A stretch of 64,000 nt of DNA. Origin: Acidimicrobiia bacterium (GTDB taxonomy: Bacteria; Actinomycetota; Acidimicrobiia; Spongiisociales; ZC4RG35). Positions 46,778-53,963 of the stretch are shown here, one piece after another. The notes under the pieces are model-generated. The model ran no database searches and had not been told where the DNA came from. It worked only from the letters and a program-made list of their open reading frames with translations. Within the stretch, counting starts at the first letter, position 1, and each line of letters opens with the position of its first letter. Location of the stretch: positions 8,525 to 72,524 of the forward strand of contig JBGTCK010000051.1 of assembly GCA_041748855.1 (NCBI GenBank), in the 5' to 3' direction. The position numbers were made by a program, and so were the translations under genes.

Positions 46778-46850
46778 CAGTCTGGTCCTGGCCTCGGGTA
46801 AAAGGATCGATGGCCTCAACCATTGCCTTGTTCTGGTTGCGGATCTGAAA

Positions 46851-46919
46851 CCCGGCAACGCGCAGAAGACCCCTCTCGGGGTCCTCTGCACACTGTGAGT
46901 CGATCTGTAAGCCGGATTC
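46851..46919 (-). repeat. rnpB 3' end plus terminator (direct repeat B, part of the functional gene)
   Basis: 69 nt, 66/69 identical to 43385..43453. Confidence 0.8.
46865..46886 (-). terminator. hairpin immediately 3' of rnpB
   Basis: Minus-strand RNA forms GAGGACCCC-GAGA-GGGGUCUUC: 9 bp including one G-U pair, with a GNRA loop. The same stem would carry a C-A mismatch on the plus-strand RNA. Confidence 0.5.
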
Positions 46920-47267
46920 TGTTACCTGTCGCGCCCGGCAACGCCGGGCCGACACGACGACCATCCATCTAGGCGAACTGTCTCCAGTCCGCTCGAGCGG
47001 CCTACCCGGGATATTCAACGGGCCGTTGATCCCTGCTTGGCCTTGCTCCCGGTGGGGTTTACAAGCTGTCCCGGTCGCCCGGGGCACTGGTGGTCTCTTA
47101 CACCACCTTTTCACCCTTGCCTGTGTCCGAAGACCATCGGCGGTTCATTTTCTGCTGCACTTTCCGTCGGGTTGCCCCGCCTGGGAGTTACCCAGCACCG
47201 TGCCCTGTGGAGTCCGGACTTTCCTCGCCTCCGCTGCGCGGAGCCGCGGCCGTCCAATCGACTCGCT
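46895..47267 (-). ncRNA. rnpB: RNase P RNA, bacterial type A
   Basis: The minus strand reads GCGAGUCGAU...GGAGGCGAGGAAAGUCCGGACUCCACAGGGCA...GGGUAAC...AGUGCAGCAGAAA...CCGCCGAUGG...CAAGGGUGAAAAGGUGGUGUAAGAGACCACC...GGGAGCAAGGCCAAGCAGGG...CCCGGGUAGGCCGCUCGAGC...CUAGAUGGAUGG...ACAGAAUCCGGCUUACAGAUCGACUC. Universally conserved P4/J regions are present. Ends are approximate to within a few nt. Confidence 0.9.
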
Positions 47268-47273
47268 TCCCCA

Positions 47274-47279
47274 ATTCTA
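47274..47279 (-). promoter_or_regulatory. putative -10 box of the rnpB promoter
   Basis: TAGAAT lies 7-8 nt upstream of the inferred 5' end of RNase P RNA. An identical TAGAAT sits 11 nt upstream of tRNA-Val. Confidence 0.4.
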
Positions 47280-47288
47280 CCCGGTTCC

Positions 47289-47515
47289 AGTGGTGGGTCG
47301 GTCGAAAAGGTTGTGTGTGTTTCCGAGTTCTCGGCGTCATCTGGCAAGGAGAAAAGCGCAGCCGCACCCGGACCGTTCGGCGAGCATTTTGGACGCAGCC
47401 AGGGGCAACCCGATGAAATCGGGTTGCCTGGAGTTTGATGCTCAAACTCCCACGAATGGCATCCGCGGCGACGAGGGCCGGAGAGACTCCATCATTACTC
47501 GGGCGACGCACCACT
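47289..47515 (+). mobile_element. MITE-like element, copy 1 (with a 63-nt nested insertion)
   Basis: 227 bp. It aligns with 53737..53900 over its whole length apart from the 63-nt insert at 47406..47468. Ends are AGTGGTGGGTCGGTCGAAAA and TACTCGGGCGACGCACCACT (inverted repeats). Confidence 0.6.
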
Positions 47516-47872
47516 CCGTCCCCCGATAAACCCTCCCACGCCCCCAGCGACTATCGACACAAAGGCGAGCAAGAGGACATTCCAGACTGATATCGACGCC
47601 CCACGGAAACTCGCCAGCAGGATCAGGAGTCCCCCGAGAAGGAGGCCGGCGACCGATCCGTGAAACCGGTTGGAATGCAGCGCCATTCTCCCCGCAATCC
47701 ATCCCCCGACCACGAGTCCCACCAGAAGCCCAATCAGCAGTCCGATGGTGGGGCCGTTGGTCACATCGAACAGAGCCAGTCCACCACCAACTAGAAACCC
47801 GACGAACGTGATCGAAAGGCCCCCGGCCGCCACGCCCATGACGACCGCCTGAACTCTCAATGCAGCGAGCAT
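47495..47872 (-). CDS. glycine-rich small membrane protein
   Basis: 125 aa with four Gly/Leu-rich TM helices. The last 6 codons (SGASPE) and the stop lie within the MITE terminal repeat. Confidence 0.6.
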   Translation of the reverse strand: MLAALRVQAVVMGVAAGGLSITFVGFLVGGGLALFDVTNGPTIGLLIGLLVGLVVGGWIAGRMALHSNRFHGSVAGLLLGGLLILLASFRGASISVWNVLLLAFVSIVAGGVGGFIGGRSGASPE

Positions 47873-47987
47873 GAATCAGCCCCCATCAGGTCGCGCGCCG
47901 ACAATCCGTGGCTCTCATTTTCCGAAAGTTAGTGGCGGACACTCTCCAAGCTTCGTGAAAGCCGTCAGACCGGGGATAATCGGGGGA

Positions 47988-48407
47988 ATGGACCCGATCT
48001 CTGCAGCCGAGACAACCCACCCCTGGGGCGAGTCCGAGACGCCGTTTGTCGAGATCGGCGGCCCTGATGAGGTTCGGCTCCTGGTTGAGGAGTTCTACGA
48101 CATCATCGAAGAAGAGTCGCCGTCCCTTCGGGACATGCTGCCGCATAACACCGCAGGTTCACGTTTGAAGCTGTATCAGTTCATGAGCGGATGGCTGGGC
48201 GGGCCCCAGCTCTATCAGGAAGAACGCGGCCATCCTCGGCTCCGGATACGCCATTTCCCGTTTTCGATCGGCGACGAGGAAGCAGCCGAGTGGATGAGGT
48301 GCATGGTCAAGGCCATGGCCCGACGCAAGCTACCCGGACAATTGACCACGTTCCTCACCGAGCGTCTCAACGAAACCGCTCTGCACCTGCGGAATCAACC
48401 CGTCTGA
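47988..48407 (+). CDS. group II truncated hemoglobin-like globin
   Basis: Start placed at the internal ATG (MDPISAAE...). FVEIGGPDEVRLLVEEFYDII...GGPQLYQEERGHPRLRIRHFPFSIG...WMRCM is typical of the trHbO/YjbI family. Confidence 0.75.
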   Translation: MDPISAAETTHPWGESETPFVEIGGPDEVRLLVEEFYDIIEEESPSLRDMLPHNTAGSRLKLYQFMSGWLGGPQLYQEERGHPRLRIRHFPFSIGDEEAAEWMRCMVKAMARRKLPGQLTTFLTERLNETALHLRNQPV

Positions 48408-48410
48408 ATC

Positions 48411-49094
48411 ATGTGCGGTCGTTTCTCCATCACCGGTGACCTCGACTTCTACGCCGAGTATTTCGGGGTCGACGACATCCGGACCGAGCCGCTGGAACCA
48501 AGTTGGAATGTGGCACCGACCGATGGTGTCTATGTCGTTGCCGAGAACGACGGAAAACGCTCGCTGGGATCGATGAAATGGGGTTTGGTCCCCCACTGGG
48601 CCAAGGACAGGAGGTCGATCCAGATCAACGCCAGAGTGGAGACAGTCGCCACTACTTCTATGTTCCGGGACTCGTTTGCCCGAAAACGCTGCCTGATCCC
48701 CGCTGACGGATTCTACGAATGGGAACCGCCCGAGCACGGACGGTCGCCACACTGGATCTACCGTGCCGACGGCCACCCCATGGTCTTTGCCGGGATCTGG
48801 GCGTCGCGGATGAACGAGGACACTCAGGAGTGGGAAAGGACCTGTTCCATCCTCACCACCGAGGCCGATGGATCGGTACGTGACATTCACCACCGGATGC
48901 CGGTGGCCCTGGTTCCCGATGTCTGGGATGCCTGGCTGGACCGGGAGCTGACCGATCCGGAGGCTGCGCTCGAGCTGGTTCGGACGGTTGACCAGGATGA
49001 GATCATGGAACATGAGGTTTCGAAGCGGGTGAACTCCGTCAAGAACAACGATCGGGAGCTCACCGCTCCCGCCGCACCCGATACCCTCTTCTAA
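48411..49094 (+). CDS. SOS response-associated peptidase (SRAP/YedK-like abasic-site processing protein)
   Basis: 227 aa with N-terminal MCGRF (catalytic Cys2), plus WNVAPT and GLVPHWAKD motifs. Confidence 0.9.
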   Translation: MCGRFSITGDLDFYAEYFGVDDIRTEPLEPSWNVAPTDGVYVVAENDGKRSLGSMKWGLVPHWAKDRRSIQINARVETVATTSMFRDSFARKRCLIPADGFYEWEPPEHGRSPHWIYRADGHPMVFAGIWASRMNEDTQEWERTCSILTTEADGSVRDIHHRMPVALVPDVWDAWLDRELTDPEAALELVRTVDQDEIMEHEVSKRVNSVKNNDRELTAPAAPDTLF

Positions 49095-49121
49095 ATCGGG
49101 GCAACGGGCTCTCCCCCGATT
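49094..49121 (+). terminator. hairpin after the SRAP gene
   Basis: AATCGGGG-(12 nt)-CCCCGATT overlaps the TAA stop and is followed by a weak U-rich tract (UAUCCUU). Confidence 0.4.
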
Positions 49122-49144
49122 ATCCTTGCCCTGCTCTGGACTCG

Positions 49145-50833
49145 ATGAGAACCCTCGCGCGCCTGCTGGCGCTCATCCTCGCCATGGTGGCATGTTCGCC
49201 CGCGGGCACAGGTCCACCGACCGGCGGCACGCAACCCGATGGAACACCTGCCCCATCGGCCCCGACTTCGACCGAACCGGGACCGCGCCAGTGTGTTCGC
49301 CCGACAGCTTCCACCGCCACCGTTTCCACCGGCGCAGCGGCAACCGATGCTCTCTTCTTATCCGGTGAGATCTTCATCTGCGCCGACAATGTCGTGGTCG
49401 TCGGTGAGTCTGACGTCAATCAGGTCGCCGCCGGAGCCCAGCTCGCTGCGGCGCTCGACGGGCCGCTCTTGTTCCCCCACCCGCAACTTGCTGCGGAAAT
49501 CGGCCGCCTCAAACCCGCCCACGTCTACATCCTGGGCGATGTCGAAGTGACGTTGCCGCCGGGCTCGGAAGTTTCGCGTCTCGGGATGACTGAGGCGGTC
49601 GATGCGGCGCGGACGGCTCTTGGCGCAATCGAAGAGCTCCGGCTTCCGGCCAATCCCGACGCCTCGACCATCGTCGAGACCGTGAAGGCGATCTCAGATC
49701 GTACCCGGGTCGTGATCCCCCAGACTGCACCCGGCGACACCACTGGGGCACCTCCGCCAACGTTCGACGCTGCGGCGATTGTTGCCGGATTGGCGGTGCC
49801 GAGCGAGGCCCCGACGATCTGGCTGGTAAACGCTTCCGACCCGGTGGGGATACTGATGGCTGCCGCTACTGGCCAGGCTGTCGGCGCCCGGGTGATGAGC
49901 ATCGACACCGCAGACATCCTCGGGTACCCCGAGGTCGGGACTGCACTAGGGGGCAGGGGCGCAGACACATTGCGGTTCGTCGGAGCCGTGCCGGAGACCG
50001 GCGACTGGGAGCTGGCGGTCCTCCTCAACGGCAGACAACTACCCGGTGGCGGCTACTCCATCCTCGGCGAGGACCAGCCCAAACGTTACGTTGCCTTTTA
50101 CGGCCATCCCGAGACCTCGGCACTTGGTGTACTCGGGGAACAGGGGCCGCAAGAGACGCTCGACCGTATGACGTCGTTTGTCGAGTCGTACACCACCGAT
50201 GGCTATCTGGCAATACCCACCTTCGAGATGATCGCAACTGTGGCGGCTGCGGACATCACCGAAGACGGTGATTACAGCTTCGAATGGCCTCCCTCCACTT
50301 TCACCGAATGGATCGATATCGCCGCAGAACAGGGTGCCTATGTCATCCTCGACCTCCAGCCAGGTCGCGAGGATTTCCTCCAACAGGCCCAACAGTATGA
50401 GGCGCTCCTCCTCCACCCCCATGTCGGGCTGGCTCTCGACCCGGAGTGGCGGTTGAGGCCGGATGAAGTGCACCTCGAACAGATCGGGAGGGTGGAGGTT
50501 GCTGAGGTCAACCTCGTGGTCGACTGGCTCGCCGACCTGACCCGGGACAACGGGCTTCCCCAGAAGATGATCATCGTCCACCAGTTCCGCGAGTTCATGA
50601 TTCAGGATCGGGACATGCTCAAACAACGCCCGGAATTGCAGATGGTGATACAGATGGACGGACAGGGCCCGATCGCCACCAAAGACCAAACCTGGGCGGT
50701 GCTCACCGCCGGAACCGAGAACGACCACTGGCGGTGGGGTTGGAAGAACTTCTTCGACGAGGACACTCCCACCCCGAGCCCGGAGCACACCATGGGCAAG
50801 TTGCCGGTCCCGGTTTTCGTCAGCTACCAGTAG
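49145..50833 (+). CDS. secreted lipoprotein with cell-wall-binding-repeat-like N-terminal region and uncharacterised C-terminal domain
   Basis: 562 aa with the lipobox LAMVAC. The N-terminal repeats resemble CWB2-type units (VVVVGESD...AAGAQLAAALDGPLLF...VYILGD). The C-terminal domain of about 250 aa was not assigned to a family. Confidence 0.6.
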   Translation: MRTLARLLALILAMVACSPAGTGPPTGGTQPDGTPAPSAPTSTEPGPRQCVRPTASTATVSTGAAATDALFLSGEIFICADNVVVVGESDVNQVAAGAQLAAALDGPLLFPHPQLAAEIGRLKPAHVYILGDVEVTLPPGSEVSRLGMTEAVDAARTALGAIEELRLPANPDASTIVETVKAISDRTRVVIPQTAPGDTTGAPPPTFDAAAIVAGLAVPSEAPTIWLVNASDPVGILMAAATGQAVGARVMSIDTADILGYPEVGTALGGRGADTLRFVGAVPETGDWELAVLLNGRQLPGGGYSILGEDQPKRYVAFYGHPETSALGVLGEQGPQETLDRMTSFVESYTTDGYLAIPTFEMIATVAAADITEDGDYSFEWPPSTFTEWIDIAAEQGAYVILDLQPGREDFLQQAQQYEALLLHPHVGLALDPEWRLRPDEVHLEQIGRVEVAEVNLVVDWLADLTRDNGLPQKMIIVHQFREFMIQDRDMLKQRPELQMVIQMDGQGPIATKDQTWAVLTAGTENDHWRWGWKNFFDEDTPTPSPEHTMGKLPVPVFVSYQ

Positions 50834-50842
50834 GGTGGCCCG

Positions 50843-51811
50843 ATGACGAAATTCGCGTATTTCTGTGGCCACGAGCAGTGGCAGCCCGAAGTCCTGGTCG
50901 AGCATGCCCTCCTCGCCGAGGCCGCCGGTTTCGACATGGTCGTGGTCTCCGAGCACTTCCATCCCTGGGTCGACGACGAATCCGCCTCCGGTTTCGCATT
51001 CTCCACCATCGGGGCGATGGCGGCTGCCACATCGTCGATCGAGTTCGCCACCGGCGTGACCACTCCCCTGTTCCGATTCCACCCGGCGGTCGTGGCGCAA
51101 GCTGCTGCCACCCTGGACCGGCTCTCCGGCGGACGGTTCACCCTCGGGGTCGGAACCGGGGAAAACATCAACGAAGGCCCCCTCGGGTACGAATTTCCGG
51201 CCTACGCCGAGCGAAATTCACGCATGCGCGAGGCCCTCGAGATCATGCGCCGGCTCCTCGACGGGGAGAAGCTCACATTCGACGGCGAGTTCTACAAGAC
51301 AGACAGGGCCAAGCTCTACTCCCCTCCCACCGGGCCGGTCCCGATCCTTCTCGCCGCCGGCGGGCCCAAGTCGGCACAACTGGCCGGAGAGATGGCCCAG
51401 GGCGTGGTGACCTCGGTGAAGGATCCTGCTGAGACCCGGGAGAAGGTGATCGAGCCGCTGCTGGAAGCCTCGAGCGGCGACCCGATCGTCCTGGCGACGC
51501 GCTGGTCTCTGTTCGCCGCAAACGACGAAGAAGCATGGAAGGCGCTCTACTCCTGGAGGGGATTGCGCGCCCCGGGAAGGCTCGAAGCCGTCGACCCGGC
51601 CACGCTGCGAGAGCGCGCCGATGAACTTCCGCGCGACGAGGTGCTCGGCCGCTACACGCAAGTCAACAGTCCCGCTGACATCATCGATGCCTACAAACCA
51701 CTGGTCACCGAGCTCGGGGCCGACATCGTCACTTTTCAGATGGCGTCTCTCGATCAACCGGAGTTGATCCGGATGATCGGCAGCGAGGTCCTGCCTGCCC
51801 TGCGCGGGTAG
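50843..51811 (+). CDS. LLM-class F420-dependent oxidoreductase (G6PDH-related subfamily)
   Basis: 322 aa. FAYFCGHEQWQPEVLVEHALLAEAAGFDMVVVSEHFHPW and GGRFTLGVGTGE are typical of luciferase-like F420-dependent enzymes. Confidence 0.85.
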   Translation: MTKFAYFCGHEQWQPEVLVEHALLAEAAGFDMVVVSEHFHPWVDDESASGFAFSTIGAMAAATSSIEFATGVTTPLFRFHPAVVAQAAATLDRLSGGRFTLGVGTGENINEGPLGYEFPAYAERNSRMREALEIMRRLLDGEKLTFDGEFYKTDRAKLYSPPTGPVPILLAAGGPKSAQLAGEMAQGVVTSVKDPAETREKVIEPLLEASSGDPIVLATRWSLFAANDEEAWKALYSWRGLRAPGRLEAVDPATLRERADELPRDEVLGRYTQVNSPADIIDAYKPLVTELGADIVTFQMASLDQPELIRMIGSEVLPALRG

Positions 51812-52474
51812 CTATCCCAGCCTGGTGATCAACTCGATCAGCTGAAGCAGGTCTTGGACGACATTCGGGGCGAGGTTCGGAGTCTCAGCCGCCACATAGA
51901 ACGACGGCACCTGTTCCCTCATTTGGGCGAGAATGAACGTCGCATCTTCGGAGGGCTGGTCGAAGAGAAGCTCGATCTGTGGATAGAGCCGACTGGCAAG
52001 TGAAGGCCCAAACGTGGCGAACAGGTCGACTCGATGGCCCTCTAGCTCCCGGGTGGCGATGTGGTGGGTCTCTCCCGATCCGGTGGCGATCTCAACGATG
52101 GTGAACTCAACGCCCTGAGCGGTGGTAGCCGCCGACCCGACTACCTCGACGCCGTCGCCGAGCAGTGAATTGATGCTCTGGGCAAAACCCGACCAGAAGT
52201 TGGAAGCGATGCCAGCGTCGCCGTCGCGGAGGCCCGAAGCGACATCGGCGACAGAAGCACCCTCGGCAAGAGCTGCCAGCGCAGACTGCTCTGGCACGGC
52301 CAGCGCAGAAGCTGCGCCAAACTCTCCGGCCGCCAGCAGCGAAAAGAGCTCTTCGACTGCTTGTTCGGCGGTCTCGGCGCCGGTGCCAGGTTGATCCGCC
52401 GTTTCTCCGTTACCGGAGCAGGCACCAGCCGCGGCGATCAGGACCGCGACGACAAGAAGCTTCTTAGACGACAT
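51812..52474 (-). CDS. lipoprotein, function unknown
   Basis: Start placed at the internal ATG giving MSSKKLLVVAVLIAAAGACSG (lipobox). The product is 220 aa. The upstream part of the 318-aa ORF overlaps the preceding gene. Confidence 0.6.
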   Translation of the reverse strand: MSSKKLLVVAVLIAAAGACSGNGETADQPGTGAETAEQAVEELFSLLAAGEFGAASALAVPEQSALAALAEGASVADVASGLRDGDAGIASNFWSGFAQSINSLLGDGVEVVGSAATTAQGVEFTIVEIATGSGETHHIATRELEGHRVDLFATFGPSLASRLYPQIELLFDQPSEDATFILAQMREQVPSFYVAAETPNLAPNVVQDLLQLIELITRLG

Positions 52475-52994
52475 GTTCAGGGATCCTTCCGGTCTCCAGT
52501 AGACCCTTCCGGCGTTCGGGGATGTTGAGACCCACTGCGAACCACATCCACACCAGATAGAGGACGCCCGCAGCTTCGAGGACCCACCGCCACGGATCGG
52601 CAAGCGCGCGCTCCCAGGCGAGCGGCCAGAAGGGGGCTGGCCCGGCCGCGAACTCGAACCCGAAGAAGGGCCAGAAGAAGACCTCCGGGTTTGCCCACAT
52701 CCCGTCGAGCAACAAGTGGAACAGCCAGGCAACCCCAACTGCCATGAACGCTCTTCTCCTTCTGCCACGCCTCGTCAGCAACAGCACAAACACCATGTAA
52801 ACACTTGCGACGGTAAGCGAGTGCGCCCAAAGCTGGCCCTTCGAGTACCGATCGGCGAGGAGCAGGGTGCCGATCGGCAGGTCGATCAAATCGGGGATCA
52901 ACACCCCGAGGAAGAGGAAACGGGCGTCGACTTTCGGATCTCGAAAGATCCAACGAAACAGCCAGAGTGTTGCCCCGAGACGCCAGATCAGCAT
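52464..52994 (-). CDS. membrane-bound metal-dependent hydrolase (YdjM/DUF457-like)
   Basis: Start placed at the internal ATG (MLIWRLG...). The polytopic pattern includes LIPDLIDLP and HSL/HLLLD His motifs. Confidence 0.6.
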   Translation of the reverse strand: MLIWRLGATLWLFRWIFRDPKVDARFLFLGVLIPDLIDLPIGTLLLADRYSKGQLWAHSLTVASVYMVFVLLLTRRGRRRRAFMAVGVAWLFHLLLDGMWANPEVFFWPFFGFEFAAGPAPFWPLAWERALADPWRWVLEAAGVLYLVWMWFAVGLNIPERRKGLLETGRIPEHVV

Positions 52995-53014
52995 TTCAGG
53001 ACGCCCGTGCCGTT

Positions 53015-53722
53015 CTACGCTACGAGGATGCGCCGGCAGTGAACGCAGCGAGGGATGTCGGCTTTGAGGGCTTCGTCTCGCTCCGCAGGAGAAAGCGCCA
53101 TGTTGCAGCCACCGCACACCCCATTCTCGAAGCGCCCGACAGCCACACCCTCTTTGGAGGCGCGCAGGGTCTCGTACATCTCGAGGAGATCGGGATCAAC
53201 CGGCTTGATCGCCTCGAATTTGCGCTCTTCCTTGCGGGCGATCTCGGCATCGATTCGTTTCCAATCTTCCTTGATCGATGCCTCCAGCCGGGCCTTTTCG
53301 GCAACCAGCGCGTCGTGCCTGGCCTGCAGGGAGCCGACTTCCTCCCGGACCGGGTCGACATTGTCGAGGAGCTTCAAGACCCGGCTTTCCATCGCCTCAC
53401 GCTGGCCTCGCAGACTCTCCACTTCGAGCCGCATGTGCTCGGTCTCCCGGGCGGTCATAGATCCGGCAAACAACCTCGTCTCGTGCTCGTTGAGCTTCGA
53501 TTCGAGGATCTCCAGCTCACCCTCCGATTTGTCGAAGTCGAGTTCGAGTGTGCGCAGGGTTGTGCTCGCCTCGGAGATCTCCTTCGCCAGCACCTCGAGC
53601 TCATCGTGGGCGATCTTGTAGGCAGCGAGGTCGGGGAGATTCTGACGTTCCCCGAGCAGGCGATCGATCTGCGAATCCAGATCCTGGACATCGAGGAGGT
53701 CGGCGAGGCTGGTTAGTTCCAT
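53015..53722 (-). CDS. DUF164-type coiled-coil protein with C-terminal C4 zinc ribbon
   Basis: 235 aa with a long coiled coil followed by GVCGGCNMAL...IPRCVHCRRIL. Lies downstream of the Nif3-like gene. Confidence 0.8.
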   Translation of the reverse strand: MELTSLADLLDVQDLDSQIDRLLGERQNLPDLAAYKIAHDELEVLAKEISEASTTLRTLELDFDKSEGELEILESKLNEHETRLFAGSMTARETEHMRLEVESLRGQREAMESRVLKLLDNVDPVREEVGSLQARHDALVAEKARLEASIKEDWKRIDAEIARKEERKFEAIKPVDPDLLEMYETLRASKEGVAVGRFENGVCGGCNMALSPAERDEALKADIPRCVHCRRILVA

Positions 53723-53736
53723 GCGAGAAGCAGGCT

Positions 53737-53900
53737 AGTGGTGTGTCGCTCGAATAGGTTGCGCGTGTCTCCGAGGCATCGGCGTCATCTGGCAAGGAGA
53801 AAAGCACAGTCGCAGCCGGGGAGCTGCGGCGAGCATTTTCGACGCAGCCAGGGGCGACGAGGGCCGGAGAGACGCCATCAATATTCGAGCGGCGCACCAC
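53737..53900 (+). mobile_element. MITE-like element, copy 2 (reference copy)
   Basis: 164 bp. The terminal inverted repeats GTGGTGTGTCGCTCGAATA (left) and GTGGTGCGCCGCTCGAATA (reverse complement of the right end) match at 17/19 positions. It fills most of the Nif3-DUF164 spacer and ends 14 nt from the DUF164 start codon. Confidence 0.65.
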
Positions 53901-53963
53901 CGGTGGTGTGTTGAGGGCTTTCGGCCGGTCGGTGCACGAACCGGTTGGATGGTGGGAGCCCGG

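Noticed and set aside
43454-46850. Integrase, excisionase or other mobility gene within the rnpB-flanked island
   Set aside because: None of the ORFs or the remnants I could translate resembles a tyrosine/serine recombinase or transposase. The island is therefore described as decayed, not as an active element.
53737-53900. The repeated ~164-nt element as a riboswitch or leader, SRP/6S-like RNA, or small protein gene
   Set aside because: Copies occur in both orientations relative to flanking genes and have terminal inverted repeats. They overlap the 3' ends of CDSs, and indels between copies destroy all reading frames. A short resemblance to 4.5S RNA (CAGAUGACGC) does not extend to the conserved GGAAGCAGCC domain IV core.
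47289-53900. MITE copies 1 and 2 (direct orientation) as the ends of a 6.6-kb composite transposon
   Set aside because: The enclosed genes (globin, SRAP, lipoprotein, F420 oxidoreductase, YdjM-like, DUF164) look like ordinary chromosomal genes. There is no transposase, and MITE copies are expected to be scattered. No supporting evidence was found.
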